Below, one piece after another: positions 50,249 to 59,798 of a stretch of 64,000 nucleotides of DNA. The stretch lies in the NCBI GenBank assembly GCA_023480735.1, contig JAMCXB010000011.1, positions 30,169 through 94,168 on the forward strand, read 5' to 3'. A program made the translations under genes and the position numbers. A model generated the notes under the pieces. That model saw only the letters and a list, made by a program, of their open reading frames with translations, did no database searches and was not told where the DNA came from. Position 1 is the first letter of the stretch, and every line of letters starts with the position of its first letter. The DNA comes from Bacteroidota bacterium (GTDB taxonomy: Bacteria > Bacteroidota > Ignavibacteria > Kryptoniales > JAKASW01).

Positions 50249-52746
50249 GTGACAAAGACTATAAATTAATTTTCTCGATCGACTTGGCGCCTTACGTCGA
50301 TGGACTGAAGGCAATGTTAAACATGACCCGCGAGGCATCGCAGCAACTCTCGGGTCTCCTCAGTCTGAAAATAACCACTCCGAACTTCTCGGGCATCGAT
50401 GCCGAGCTGCAGCGCGTCACGCAAACGACCGACGCATACATCGCTAGCCAGCAGGGTGCTGCGGCGGCAAGTCAAAAGACAGCCGAGAGCGAGGCGCAGG
50501 TCGAGAAGTCCTCGGTCGCGATGGCGGGTGGGATGAAGACAGCACAAGTATCGACGACGGGCTTCCGCGAAGCGAGCGAGGCGCTGTTCTTCAGACTAAG
50601 TGCATTAAGCATCGGTATGCAGGCGCTAAAGGGGACGTTTGGGGAATGGATACAAAAATCTAACGAGGCAACAGCGGCGGAGAGTGCCTACGCACAGGCA
50701 CTGAAGAACCGGGGAATATATACCGAGGAGGCGGTCAAAGACGCAAAAGAGTTTGCCGACCAACTGCAGAATTTAACCGGAGCCGACAACGACGTCGTAC
50801 TCAAGACCATGGCACAGTTGGCGGCGATGGGATTGCAGGGCGAGAAACTTAAAGAGGCCACGAAGTTGACGGCGGACCTTTCGATTTTAATGGGCCGCGA
50901 CATGGCGGGCGCAGCGCGTGTCATGGCGGATGCGTTCAACGGCAACACCGGTATGCTGGGGCGCTACATAAAGGGATTAGACGAGGCCGATATAAAGCAG
51001 CGCGGTGCGGTGTCCATCATTGAGCAGGTAAGGAGAGCGGTCGGTGGGCAGGGCGAAGCATTCGGGAGGGACACAGCGGGGCAACTCGAGATATATAAGC
51101 GTCAGGTTGATGACACGCAGAAGGTTTTAGGCAGGCTCCTCACCGAAGGGATCGTCCCGATCACGAACGCCGCGAAGCCATTTCTCCAGGCATTTCAGGA
51201 TGCCCCGGAACCGATTCGAGACACCGCCGCGGCGGTCGGGTTGCTCGGTATCGGCATCGGAGTTTTGAAGATCGGCATGGGTGTAGATATTCCCGCAGCC
51301 GCAGCCAGGGCTGCCGCGGCTCTCTATACAACGCTCATCCCCGCGGTGGAAGCGGCAGGGACGGCAGTTGTTGTTGCGACGGGCGGTTTATCTCTCATCG
51401 CGGGGGAACTTGTTTATTTAGCTAAAATTATTTATGACACATTTGAATTGAGATCGAAGGCAGCTAAGGCGGAGCTTGCCTCGGACGCTAAGTCTATCGC
51501 AGACACCTACGCTGCGGAGATCGACCGGATCTCGAAGTTACCACCGGCGAAAGCAAAGGTCGAATGGGTTTGGGAGATGCAAGATCTCGACAAGCAGATC
51601 GCTGCGGTACAAGAGCGCATACACACTTTAAATGCGAAGGGCGTGACGAGCGGGAAGGATATAGATGAGCTCAAGACGAAACTAAAAGCGTTAATCGACG
51701 CATACGAAAACCTCAAGAAGCTGCCTGCCACAATCGCCGAGAACGAGAAGAAGGCGGCGAAGGCGCAATTAGAAAATCTTGACAACCTAATCACAACGGA
51801 CACCGCGTACCGGCAGAAGCTCGATGAGATCAACGCCGCACTAAAAATCACGACGCTCTCGGAGCGTGAGCGGAACGAACTCCTGAAGCAGCGTGCGGAC
51901 ATCGAGGCGAAATTAGCGGGTCCGGAGAAGTACAAGCCATTCCAGGGCAAAGCTGAAGTAGCGCCTTTAACAATCACGACGCCGGATCTGTCGGCAAAAC
52001 TCGAAGAGGCTGGAATGTCCATTGCGGACGAGGAGGCAAAAATCGCGTCCATCGAGGACGCCTACCGGAATGCGAAAACGGACAAAGAGCGTGCGGCGGC
52101 ATACGAACAACTGCAGATCGAAAAGCAAAAGCTTGATGCGATCGAATCGATGCAGAGGCAGCACGACCAGGATTACGACAACTGGAGGCGGATAAAAGAG
52201 GAGGCGTGGAATGCAGCGGAACGGGCGGGAGCGGGCGCGACGGCGGGTTATTTTGTGAGAGCTTTTGATGAGGCGTGGACGAAAGCATTCGGGCAGGCAC
52301 ATTCGCTGCTGCAAAGATTTTTGCATGATGTTCTGTCCGCACTGGTACAAATCGCTGCGCAGGAAGCCGCTATGGCGGTGTTTGGATTTATTGCTAATCT
52401 AGCGACCGGAGGTGCGTACAGCGCAGGAGCGAACTTACTGTCGACGGTCTCACATCTCGGTTTACCTGCCCACGCTGAGGGCGGAATAACGACGAAACCC
52501 CACGTTGCGTTCGTTGGTGAAGTGCCGGAAGTGATAATGCCGCTGTCGAAACTGCCAGTATACATGCCTATGTTTGCCAACAGGGATGATTCCGCGATAA
52601 TCGGACGGCTAGACAGACTCGAGAGGGCGATACTTGGACTGCCTGCGCCGGTTGTGGAGCTGCATAATCACGCCGAGTTTAATGAGGTCGCGTTCCGGAC
52701 CAAAATAGTGGAATACAAACGAGGGGAGCAACGGCGTGTCGGCTAA
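50245..52746 (+). CDS. Tail tape measure protein
   Basis: 833 aa, Ala-rich and helical. 'LQNLTGADNDVVLKTMAQLAAMGLQGEKLKEATKLTADLSILMGRDMAGAARVMADAFNG' is a TMP core motif. It also has TM-like Gly/Ala segments. Confidence 0.85.
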   Translation: MSDKDYKLIFSIDLAPYVDGLKAMLNMTREASQQLSGLLSLKITTPNFSGIDAELQRVTQTTDAYIASQQGAAAASQKTAESEAQVEKSSVAMAGGMKTAQVSTTGFREASEALFFRLSALSIGMQALKGTFGEWIQKSNEATAAESAYAQALKNRGIYTEEAVKDAKEFADQLQNLTGADNDVVLKTMAQLAAMGLQGEKLKEATKLTADLSILMGRDMAGAARVMADAFNGNTGMLGRYIKGLDEADIKQRGAVSIIEQVRRAVGGQGEAFGRDTAGQLEIYKRQVDDTQKVLGRLLTEGIVPITNAAKPFLQAFQDAPEPIRDTAAAVGLLGIGIGVLKIGMGVDIPAAAARAAAALYTTLIPAVEAAGTAVVVATGGLSLIAGELVYLAKIIYDTFELRSKAAKAELASDAKSIADTYAAEIDRISKLPPAKAKVEWVWEMQDLDKQIAAVQERIHTLNAKGVTSGKDIDELKTKLKALIDAYENLKKLPATIAENEKKAAKAQLENLDNLITTDTAYRQKLDEINAALKITTLSERERNELLKQRADIEAKLAGPEKYKPFQGKAEVAPLTITTPDLSAKLEEAGMSIADEEAKIASIEDAYRNAKTDKERAAAYEQLQIEKQKLDAIESMQRQHDQDYDNWRRIKEEAWNAAERAGAGATAGYFVRAFDEAWTKAFGQAHSLLQRFLHDVLSALVQIAAQEAAMAVFGFIANLATGGAYSAGANLLSTVSHLGLPAHAEGGITTKPHVAFVGEVPEVIMPLSKLPVYMPMFANRDDSAIIGRLDRLERAILGLPAPVVELHNHAEFNEVAFRTKIVEYKRGEQRRVG

Positions 52747-53932
52747 GAGACAGATTGTCGCCTACAGTGTTGACAGCAATGCGCCCGAGCAAATAGATTT
52801 TACGTCCGAGCTCGCCGAGGTGGGTTGGGCGGAGTTGCAGGTCGAACGTGACCAATACGAGTTCTCTGGCGGCGACGCCAAATTTACCGTTAAGGATGAT
52901 CATGGGCTTTACGGCTTGTTGAAGGATCGGCGGCAACTGAAGGTAGATGTTATCTTCGACGATAATCTAATTTACAGAGGGGTGGCGTACGCGGACCAGA
53001 CCACGTGGGACCCGGCTGCTCAAAAGTATATGTTCAATTCATACCAACTGACGAAGCCGTTCCGAGACGCGGCAAAGAAGCAGCTCGTCAACGTCGGCGC
53101 GCTCAATTTACAAAGCGTCCTCGTTAATTCTGGACTTGTCTCGTCGGTTCTTGGCAACCTGAAGGACGCCCCACTTATCATCAAGCAGGATTTTACAAAG
53201 CAAGATGGCACGACGTTGAAGAATGGCAGCTTGACGGACTTTGCGAAAGAGTATAACTATTCGGTTTATGATTTTCTTCTCGACGCAATGAAATACAATT
53301 CGGGTGCGTACTGGATCGATAACGAAGGCGTCCTTCACGTTGGGCGTCGGTATGTCGTCAACACGTACACGTCGGGATTGGACGATCGCATCGTTGAATA
53401 TAAAGAAACGTTGAGAGAGAGTAGCTTCGATTGGATTACAGTCTCGGTGAATGACGGCGGATCTTTCTACTCCGCGATCGCGCTCGGACGGCAGGGTGAG
53501 CTTTGGTATCGTATATACACAATTATCGCCACGTCTGGCGTGCGGCTGCGAGATTTTGGTGAGACACGATATGGCGCGGGGTGGATGCGGCAATTTGTCT
53601 GGAAGGACAGTAAGAGCCGTAACATCATGGCATCACTTCAGGGCAATATATTGAACGTCGACGCGCCGAGCGTATATCCGCAAGGCGGAGTACTCTTCTT
53701 CCCGATGCGTAGCACGAAGGAAGCGGTCGATAACCTGTCGCCGATTCTGGCAACCGCGACACAGAAGCGGGTGAAGCTCAGTGAGATCATCCAACTGAAT
53801 CCGCTTGACGGCATCGTACTCCGCGGCACGAATAACGTCATAACCGGAGTACTTTACAACCTCGCCGAGGAGTCGACGACGGTGACGCTCGAGGATTTCA
53901 ACACGACGCAATACCCGAACCCGTTTGGATGA
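52736..53932 (+). CDS. Putative distal tail protein
   Basis: It is the first ORF after the tape measure and overlaps its stop. Confidence 0.35.
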   Translation: MSAKRQIVAYSVDSNAPEQIDFTSELAEVGWAELQVERDQYEFSGGDAKFTVKDDHGLYGLLKDRRQLKVDVIFDDNLIYRGVAYADQTTWDPAAQKYMFNSYQLTKPFRDAAKKQLVNVGALNLQSVLVNSGLVSSVLGNLKDAPLIIKQDFTKQDGTTLKNGSLTDFAKEYNYSVYDFLLDAMKYNSGAYWIDNEGVLHVGRRYVVNTYTSGLDDRIVEYKETLRESSFDWITVSVNDGGSFYSAIALGRQGELWYRIYTIIATSGVRLRDFGETRYGAGWMRQFVWKDSKSRNIMASLQGNILNVDAPSVYPQGGVLFFPMRSTKEAVDNLSPILATATQKRVKLSEIIQLNPLDGIVLRGTNNVITGVLYNLAEESTTVTLEDFNTTQYPNPFG

Positions 53933-54882
53933 TCATGGGCCAGCCGAAAGTTACATATAACCTGATGGGACAGGGTTTCACGTTAAGCTTCGAGTCCTTA
54001 CATTATTCGAGTCTCAAACAGGGTTGGAAGCCGGATATTGTCGAGTTCACGAATCCGTTTAATGGCAAAAAAACACGCAATCGGCGCGGGTGGTACTATC
54101 ATGCAGAGATTTTTTACGAGGCGATAAAGGACACGGACTTCTTGTTACTTAGAGATTTATTCAACAAAAACACAACAAATACTGTCTTCTACCCGGACGA
54201 CATTGAGGTTAGAAAGTTTCCGTGCGACGTACAAGTGGTCGGGTTGGACTTTGAGGACTTGTATCCCGATCACGAAAAAGGCGTAAGGATCACTTTCGAT
54301 TCACTAGATCGTTATGATTCCGCGCTTGACTATCCGACCAATTATTGGGGATGCAGAACTTTACGTTTCCAGGACGATGTCACGTGGAGCGGGCATAAGG
54401 ACGCACTGAACCTGGCGGACTCAAACGATCTCGCGTCCTTTAACACCCTTAACACAAACTTCGGAAACCATCTTGCGGCGGCGAATCCGCATGGAGCGAC
54501 CTACTACACAAAAGCGGAAGTCGATTCGTTGATAGTTAGCAAGATTAAGTATGCCCCGATTGTCCTCGCGGCGAATCTGACCGGGGCGGGAGATTTCTTT
54601 AATAGTCAGGGCGGATTTATAACCTACACGATCACCGGTTGCGACAAGCCGATTCCGCGAGATGGGTCATTGGTCGCGCTCACAAGTCGTGTCGGCACGG
54701 TCTTGCAATCAGACGCCCTGAATATAAGTGTTAAAGCGGGAGACCGACTTGCGGCGTTCAGCATCTACGACACCGCGCTCAGAATATACATCCTCGTGAA
54801 TAAAGTCCAGGCATACAAACAAACCGTTGCGGGCGCGACAGTACCCAACCTAGCTGTGCTTATGATCGATCTAAAACTGTGA
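53929..54882 (+). CDS. Tail tip/baseplate-associated protein
   Basis: Called by position. It shares the motif 'H..TYYTKAEVD' with the next ORF. Confidence 0.3.
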   Translation: MIMGQPKVTYNLMGQGFTLSFESLHYSSLKQGWKPDIVEFTNPFNGKKTRNRRGWYYHAEIFYEAIKDTDFLLLRDLFNKNTTNTVFYPDDIEVRKFPCDVQVVGLDFEDLYPDHEKGVRITFDSLDRYDSALDYPTNYWGCRTLRFQDDVTWSGHKDALNLADSNDLASFNTLNTNFGNHLAAANPHGATYYTKAEVDSLIVSKIKYAPIVLAANLTGAGDFFNSQGGFITYTITGCDKPIPRDGSLVALTSRVGTVLQSDALNISVKAGDRLAAFSIYDTALRIYILVNKVQAYKQTVAGATVPNLAVLMIDLKL

Positions 54883-54883
54883 G

Positions 54884-55438
54884 GTGTTTATGGCAATAAT
54901 TATTCAAACCGTTAGCCCCGAAGACCTAATTGATCAGGGACGCACGAAATTCAACTCGAACGACACCGCTGTGGCGAACGCGGTAACCGCCACGCAAACC
55001 CAATTGGACACGCATAACCATAACTCTATTTACTATACAAAACCTGAGGTGGATGCCAAAGTCAATCCGTCCGACCAAGGACAAAAGAAATCTTATATTG
55101 AGTTTGGTGTCAACGCTTCAAACCAGACTCTCGTAGCTGGAGTCGTTGTTGACACCATCCCGCTCGGACGTGCGGGCAGCGTGACGGGATTAAGGGCGGC
55201 GCATAGTAGTGGCAGTAAATACAATGTTGATTACGGTTACGGCATAAAGACATTTCTCGCGGGCGATTACCTAACATTATCGTTTAACAATACGATACCC
55301 GGGGACGAAGTGACTCCGTTGCAGTGGGGTTTTATACTCTCACTTGTACGCGGAGGTGTTACGCAGTCGCAGGTCATTGTCGTGACCAAAGAGAGCGCGG
55401 GGCCGTTTGCGGTCTCCGTTGAGTTAGAGTTCTCATGA
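54884..55438 (+). CDS. Tail fibre-associated protein
   Basis: Called by position. It has the motif 'HNHNSIYYTKPEVD'. Confidence 0.3.
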   Translation: MFMAIIIQTVSPEDLIDQGRTKFNSNDTAVANAVTATQTQLDTHNHNSIYYTKPEVDAKVNPSDQGQKKSYIEFGVNASNQTLVAGVVVDTIPLGRAGSVTGLRAAHSSGSKYNVDYGYGIKTFLAGDYLTLSFNNTIPGDEVTPLQWGFILSLVRGGVTQSQVIVVTKESAGPFAVSVELEFS

Positions 55439-57261
55439 TAGGTACGGAGCGCGAAGCAGATAAGTCGTATATCGTATTCCAAGGGAAGCGAATTCTATCC
55501 GTGGATGATAACGGCGCTATTGCACTCGACCCGTCGGTGCGGCTACCGCAACTACGACTGAAATCCACAATGATTGAGCCGACTTTTCTCAGCGACACGG
55601 TTATTGAAGGCAACCTTTGGATGGAGGGATCGGGAATCGCGCGCATCAAGAGGGTCGTGGCTAGCGAGACAACAACGCAGTTAATCGTCGAGACTGGGCA
55701 TGGACTAAAGGGGAACGATCTTATCCGCGCACGCGCGTTCTATTACGACGCCGCTGCTAATCGTCTCACGCGGTACGATGTTACAGCTACAGTACAGAGT
55801 GTTGCAGCCAGTGGCGATTTAACGGTTACAAATGTCTCCTCAATTACCGATCTAGTTAAATATCAGAAAGGTATGGAGTTCGTGCGAATCGGGAACACCA
55901 CTGATGTGACCCGCCAATCCGCGATACAGATGCGCACGGATACAACCTCGCCAAGGCTTACGGTGTACGGCGGGGTAAACTCTGTTGCAGCGCTCGATGA
56001 TATTAGTAAGATGCGGGTCGTGTTCGGCGGCCTCGATGGTCTAACCGATCCCGACTTCGGCGCGCTGGCCGGGTTTGGTATGTATGCTCAAGACAACATC
56101 TACCTTAAGGGCGCACTAATCACCAAGGCGGGGTCGATAGTTGACGGCGGGTATCTTATTGATTCAACCGTCGTATCAAAAAAAATCACCGCCGCCTCGC
56201 GCGGGATGACGACGGATATATTTTTTTCTTCGGTAAATGACGCCACCGTTCAATGGACTGCCGGGCATATTAAGCTTGCAGGAACCACAGGGGCAGGCTA
56301 TCCGATTTCAGCAGGACAAGTGGGTGGGTTGACAACCACAACAACCTACCTTTATTGTAATTTCGCGGGCGGCATTATGGCAACGACTGATCAGTCTGTC
56401 GCCACGTCGGAAGAGTCTGTGGTGCTCTGTCTCGTTAGATCGGCAATGACTGCCGGGGCTGGTGTTGTGATAATTCCAACGGCTGGCATCGCGGATATTG
56501 CAAGCACGAGCTGGATCCATGCCACATACGCATCGTTCGACTACGTAAACACAAGTTTTATTTATGTCGGCGGAGCGGCTGGCGACGTGAACAGTGGCGT
56601 GACGACCATTAATGGAGGAAAGATAACAACAGGCACGATTGCGTTGAGCCAGTTAAACTTTACACCGGTGCAAACGAGTGATGTGGTCGCAAAGATAAAC
56701 GCAAGCGCGGAAGGCTTAACGATAGACGCCGCAAGGTTAAATCTCACAGGCGTCCTTGCGGTGGGTGGCGCGGCTGGTGACGTGAACAGTGGCGTGACGA
56801 CGATTAACGGTGGAAAGATAACGGCGGGAACAATTACGTCTCTCGGCGCGGTTACGGCAGGAACGTTCAACCTTGGAAGTGGGAAGTTTAGTGTCGATGT
56901 AAATGGTTACTTGATGGCGACGGGGGTAAACATATCAGGGACAATTACCGATAGCACGCTGACTACCGGCAGCGGTTATCCCTATGAGGTTAACGTTGGG
57001 CATGGGACAATTACCTTCACCGAAATCGCCACTGGGGTCACGGGAACCGTTGCCTTCGGAAGTAACCTCGACCTATCGACAAGTAATGTGAACTACAAGG
57101 TGACAGTAGGCGGTAACGAAATTTGGCATGCTGGTAATGATCCGCTGGGTAAGGGTGGCACGATTAGTTTCACGGACGCCAATGCGGACAACTGGGCGAT
57201 TACATTCTCTAAGGGGCGTTGTACGAGCGCAAAGAAAAACGGTACAGAGCAGTTAACATGA
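55435..57261 (+). CDS. Tail fibre / receptor-binding-like protein with an internal 65-aa repeat
   Basis: 608 aa, Gly/Thr-rich, the last large ORF of the tail module. It contains the duplicated 'VGGAAGDVNSGVTTINGGKIT(T/A)GTI'. Confidence 0.45.
   Translation: MIGTEREADKSYIVFQGKRILSVDDNGAIALDPSVRLPQLRLKSTMIEPTFLSDTVIEGNLWMEGSGIARIKRVVASETTTQLIVETGHGLKGNDLIRARAFYYDAAANRLTRYDVTATVQSVAASGDLTVTNVSSITDLVKYQKGMEFVRIGNTTDVTRQSAIQMRTDTTSPRLTVYGGVNSVAALDDISKMRVVFGGLDGLTDPDFGALAGFGMYAQDNIYLKGALITKAGSIVDGGYLIDSTVVSKKITAASRGMTTDIFFSSVNDATVQWTAGHIKLAGTTGAGYPISAGQVGGLTTTTTYLYCNFAGGIMATTDQSVATSEESVVLCLVRSAMTAGAGVVIIPTAGIADIASTSWIHATYASFDYVNTSFIYVGGAAGDVNSGVTTINGGKITTGTIALSQLNFTPVQTSDVVAKINASAEGLTIDAARLNLTGVLAVGGAAGDVNSGVTTINGGKITAGTITSLGAVTAGTFNLGSGKFSVDVNGYLMATGVNISGTITDSTLTTGSGYPYEVNVGHGTITFTEIATGVTGTVAFGSNLDLSTSNVNYKVTVGGNEIWHAGNDPLGKGGTISFTDANADNWAITFSKGRCTSAKKNGTEQLT
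56566..56640 (+). repeat. Tail-fibre internal direct repeat, copy 1
   Basis: gtcggcggagcggctggcgacgtgaacagtggcgtgacgaccattaatggaggaaagataacaacaggcacgatt. Confidence 0.7.
56761..56835 (+). repeat. Tail-fibre internal direct repeat, copy 2
   Basis: gtgggtggcgcggctggtgacgtgaacagtggcgtgacgacgattaacggtggaaagataacggcgggaacaatt, offset by 195 nt (65 codons) from copy 1. Confidence 0.7.
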
Positions 57262-57271
57262 GGACGGAAAG

Positions 57272-57643
57272 ATGAGCTTAAAGTTTGATAAATTTCGTTG
57301 GGCTTCACATAACTGGACACATGCAGACACAGCGCCGGGTGAGATGCTCCACGCTGTCTTTTTTGGGCTCTGGGCGTATTTTGGATTTCTCTCCATTGGA
57401 GGCGTCGGACTGATTCTGGCGATCGGCGGGGCGCTGCTGTGGGAAATAAAAGACGCCTTTTTGCCCTGGGAAGAGAACGGCTGGTGGGGAGGAGACGGGT
57501 TTTCTTTAGTTGACGTTGCGGCTGATCTTGCCGGGATTATGTTTTTTCTCGTCGTCCCCGCATGGATAATTTTTGTCCTGCCAATCGCGACGGTGGCTGT
57601 TGCGTACATATATTTACTGAGTAAAAGAGGAGCGCGCTTATGA
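57272..57643 (+). CDS. Integral membrane protein (3-4 TM), unknown function, at the right-end accessory position
   Basis: It has the hydrophobic segments 'LHAVFFGLWAYFGFLSIGGVGLILAIGGALLW' and 'LAGIMFFLVVPAWIIFVLPIATVAVAYIYLL'. Confidence 0.35.
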   Translation: MSLKFDKFRWASHNWTHADTAPGEMLHAVFFGLWAYFGFLSIGGVGLILAIGGALLWEIKDAFLPWEENGWWGGDGFSLVDVAADLAGIMFFLVVPAWIIFVLPIATVAVAYIYLLSKRGARL

Positions 57644-57900
57644 ACTGGAAGAAGTCGATGCCGCGACAGGTCAAGATGTCAGAGATTGACAGAATCACTT
57701 GCGAAAATCTCATCCTTAAACGGCAGCAACTCGAGCAGCAAATAACGCCGATACAGAGAGCTGTTTCTGCCCTGGTTGGTCGCTATGCGAGGGGACTACC
57801 CGTGCTTGAAGTGAATTTAGACACGGGCCTCATCCGACTGGGCCAGCCGGACAAAAAGGAAAGTAACAGCACTGCTGAAACGCCGAAAAACCTAGAATAG
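57640..57900 (+). CDS. Hypothetical small protein, last prophage ORF
   Basis: 86-aa ORF that overlaps the stop of the previous gene. Confidence 0.3.
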   Translation: MNWKKSMPRQVKMSEIDRITCENLILKRQQLEQQITPIQRAVSALVGRYARGLPVLEVNLDTGLIRLGQPDKKESNSTAETPKNLE

Positions 57901-57930
57901 TATACTTCAAGACGCGTGACAAAATGGCAA

Positions 57931-57953
57931 AAGGCGCTGGGGCATAACGCCTT
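57931..57953 (+). terminator. Weak stem-loop after the last late gene
   Basis: AAGGCG-ctggggcataa-CGCCTT followed by cttgttg. The stem is short and there is no clean T tract. Confidence 0.25.
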
Positions 57954-57967
57954 CTTGTTGCGATTCG

Positions 57968-58015
57968 ATGTTCAAATAATTAGTGCTTTTTGCTCATTTA
58001 ATTAGCGCGCGTACA
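57968..58015 (-). repeat. Candidate prophage right end with two transposase-binding-like repeats
   Basis: The reverse complement reads TGTACGCGCGCTAATTAAATGAGCAAAAAGCACTAATTATTTGAACAT. The motifs CTAATTAAATGAGC and CTAATTATTTGAACAT mirror the left-end motifs. Confidence 0.4.
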
Positions 58016-58076
58016 CTGGCCAATTCCTTCAGGATATGGCAATTTTCGGCCAAAAGCGATGGCGTTTTCTGGGAAC

Positions 58077-58105
58077 TTGACAATCGACTTCCCGTGTTAT
58101 ATATT
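58077..58105 (+). promoter_or_regulatory. Candidate promoter of the TetR/efflux operon
   Basis: TTGACA (58077-58082), 17 nt, then TATATT (58100-58105), 45 nt upstream of the tetR-like ATG. Confidence 0.35.
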
Positions 58106-58150
58106 TCGACGCAATTACTGAAACAGTCGAATGGTCACAAGGTCGAAAAA

Positions 58151-58762
58151 ATGACAGAACAACTTTCAACGGAAAAACAGGCGGTTATATTGAATGCCGC
58201 CAGGAAGCGGTTTGCCTATTACGGGTTCTCAAAAGTCACGATGGACGAAATAGCCGCCGATATTGGTATGGGCAAGGCTTCGCTTTATTACTATTTCCCG
58301 ACGAAGGAAAGCCTTTTTCAGGAAGTCATCAAGCAGGAGTCCGACCAGTTTCTCGACGATATACAGTCGATGATAGACGAGAAAATCTCTCCCTGCGATA
58401 TGCTCCGGAAGTATGCCGCGAAGCGGATTGAGCATTTTAGGAATCTTGCCAATTTGAGAGCGCTCCAGTTTCAACAGACCGCGGAATTGAGATTACCTTT
58501 TCTTGAACTCTTCAAGGACTTCCAGAAGCAAGAGGTAAGCCTCCTTCAGCAGATACTCTTGATTGGGAAGAATGCCGGCGAGTTTTCGATTTCGGATCCG
58601 CAGCAGTCCGCGGAAATCATGATCCAGATGCTTTACGGACCCCGTGCATGGTTCCTGCATAAACGCGGTAACAGCCTGGATGAAGAGACGTACGCGATAC
58701 TCGAACAATCGTCGAAGGAAATTGTCGAAATAATTTTGAACGGAATCAGAAAAAGAAAATAA
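58151..58762 (+). CDS. TetR/AcrR-family transcriptional regulator
   Basis: From the ATG at 58151: 'ILNAARKRFAYYGFSKVTMDEIAADIGMGKASLYYYFPTKESLF', a canonical TetR_N HTH. Confidence 0.8.
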   Translation: MTEQLSTEKQAVILNAARKRFAYYGFSKVTMDEIAADIGMGKASLYYYFPTKESLFQEVIKQESDQFLDDIQSMIDEKISPCDMLRKYAAKRIEHFRNLANLRALQFQQTAELRLPFLELFKDFQKQEVSLLQQILLIGKNAGEFSISDPQQSAEIMIQMLYGPRAWFLHKRGNSLDEETYAILEQSSKEIVEIILNGIRKRK

Positions 58763-58777
58763 AGAGGAAATAAATTA

Positions 58778-59788
58778 ATGGAGACCAAGGATAAAATTAA
58801 CAAAGACCTCGGGCAGGCAGCCATTAAGACCGCAAGGTCCGCCGAGAACGGGGAATCGGATGAGGACATAGAGGACGTCCCCCTCTTCCGAAAGAAGCGG
58901 GTTATCGTTCCGATACTTGTGGTTCTGATAGGGATTGCGGTTGCCGGTTATTACTGGTATGTGAACATGCAGGATTTCGTGGCAACCGACGACGCTTATG
59001 TGGACGCGAACAGCGTTTCTATCAGCACGAAGATGCTGGGCAGGATAATTTATCTCGGCACGGACGAGGGAGACACGGTTAAAGCCGGCCAAGTTCTTGT
59101 CAGGCTCGACGACAGAGACCTTCGCGCCGAAGAAGCTTCTGCACAAGCCGGACTTCAGCTCGCGGAGCAGAGTGTGCCGCTCGCACAGGTCCAGGTTAAC
59201 CGTGCAGAGGATGATTTCAACCGAGCAGAAATGCAATACAAAGGAGGCATCACCACGAAGGAGCAATACCAGCATGCACAGCAGGCCCTGCAGGCCGCCC
59301 GCGCTGAATTGACAATTGCTCAATCGAGAATCCCCACGGCTCGCGCTCAAGTCGGCGTTATCAAAGCGCAACTCCTGAACACGGTCGTGACATCTCCGAT
59401 TGACGGAGTCGTCGCGAAGAGATGGGTGTTGACCGGCGACGTCGTACAGCCGGGTCAGCCGGTATTCACGATCTACGATATGAAAAATGTTTGGGTAACC
59501 GCGAACTTAGAAGAAACCAAGTTAGGCTACGTTCATTTAGGCGATCCTGTGGATATCAACGTAGACACGTACCCGGGTGTCAAATTCTTTGGAAGGGTGT
59601 TCGAGATGGGGGGGTACACTGCGTCCGAGTTCTCGCTCATCCCGCCGGACAACGCATCGGGCAATTTCACCAAGGTCACGCAGCGTGTGCCAATCAAGAT
59701 TTCAATAGACGATCCTAAGATGCCCGGCGGATTGAAACCAGTCCTGCGTCCTGGCATGTCCGTGGAAGTCTCGGTCAGGGTGAAGTAG
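58778..59788 (+). CDS. HlyD-family membrane fusion protein (EmrA-like)
   Basis: It has an N-terminal TM, 'ATDDAYVDANSVSISTKMLGRI', a coiled-coil hairpin and 'VTSPIDGVVAKRWVLTGDVVQPGQPVF'. Confidence 0.8.
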   Translation: METKDKINKDLGQAAIKTARSAENGESDEDIEDVPLFRKKRVIVPILVVLIGIAVAGYYWYVNMQDFVATDDAYVDANSVSISTKMLGRIIYLGTDEGDTVKAGQVLVRLDDRDLRAEEASAQAGLQLAEQSVPLAQVQVNRAEDDFNRAEMQYKGGITTKEQYQHAQQALQAARAELTIAQSRIPTARAQVGVIKAQLLNTVVTSPIDGVVAKRWVLTGDVVQPGQPVFTIYDMKNVWVTANLEETKLGYVHLGDPVDINVDTYPGVKFFGRVFEMGGYTASEFSLIPPDNASGNFTKVTQRVPIKISIDDPKMPGGLKPVLRPGMSVEVSVRVK

Positions 59789-59798
59789 GGATAGGATA

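Larger units (their letters stand above)
21197..58015. mobile_element. Mu-like transposable prophage (~36.8 kb) carrying a DGR
   Basis: It contains a MuA-type DDE transposase, MuB AAA+ ATPase, Gam, GemA-like protein, DUF1804/gp28-like terminase, DUF935 portal, MuF, gpI, gpT, DUF1320, G-like and DUF1834-like genes, and a tape measure. Candidate ends are TGTA...TACA, with shared AT-rich repeat motifs inside both ends and CTGG abutting both. The exact ends are tentative. Confidence 0.8.

Noticed and set aside
21197-58015. Interpretation of the two divergent arms as two separate adjacent prophages
   Set aside because: Each essential function (transposase, MuB, terminase, portal, MuF, protease-scaffold, capsid, tail, lysis) occurs exactly once. 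The two arms are complementary, not redundant, and end-like repeats are seen only at the outer boundaries.
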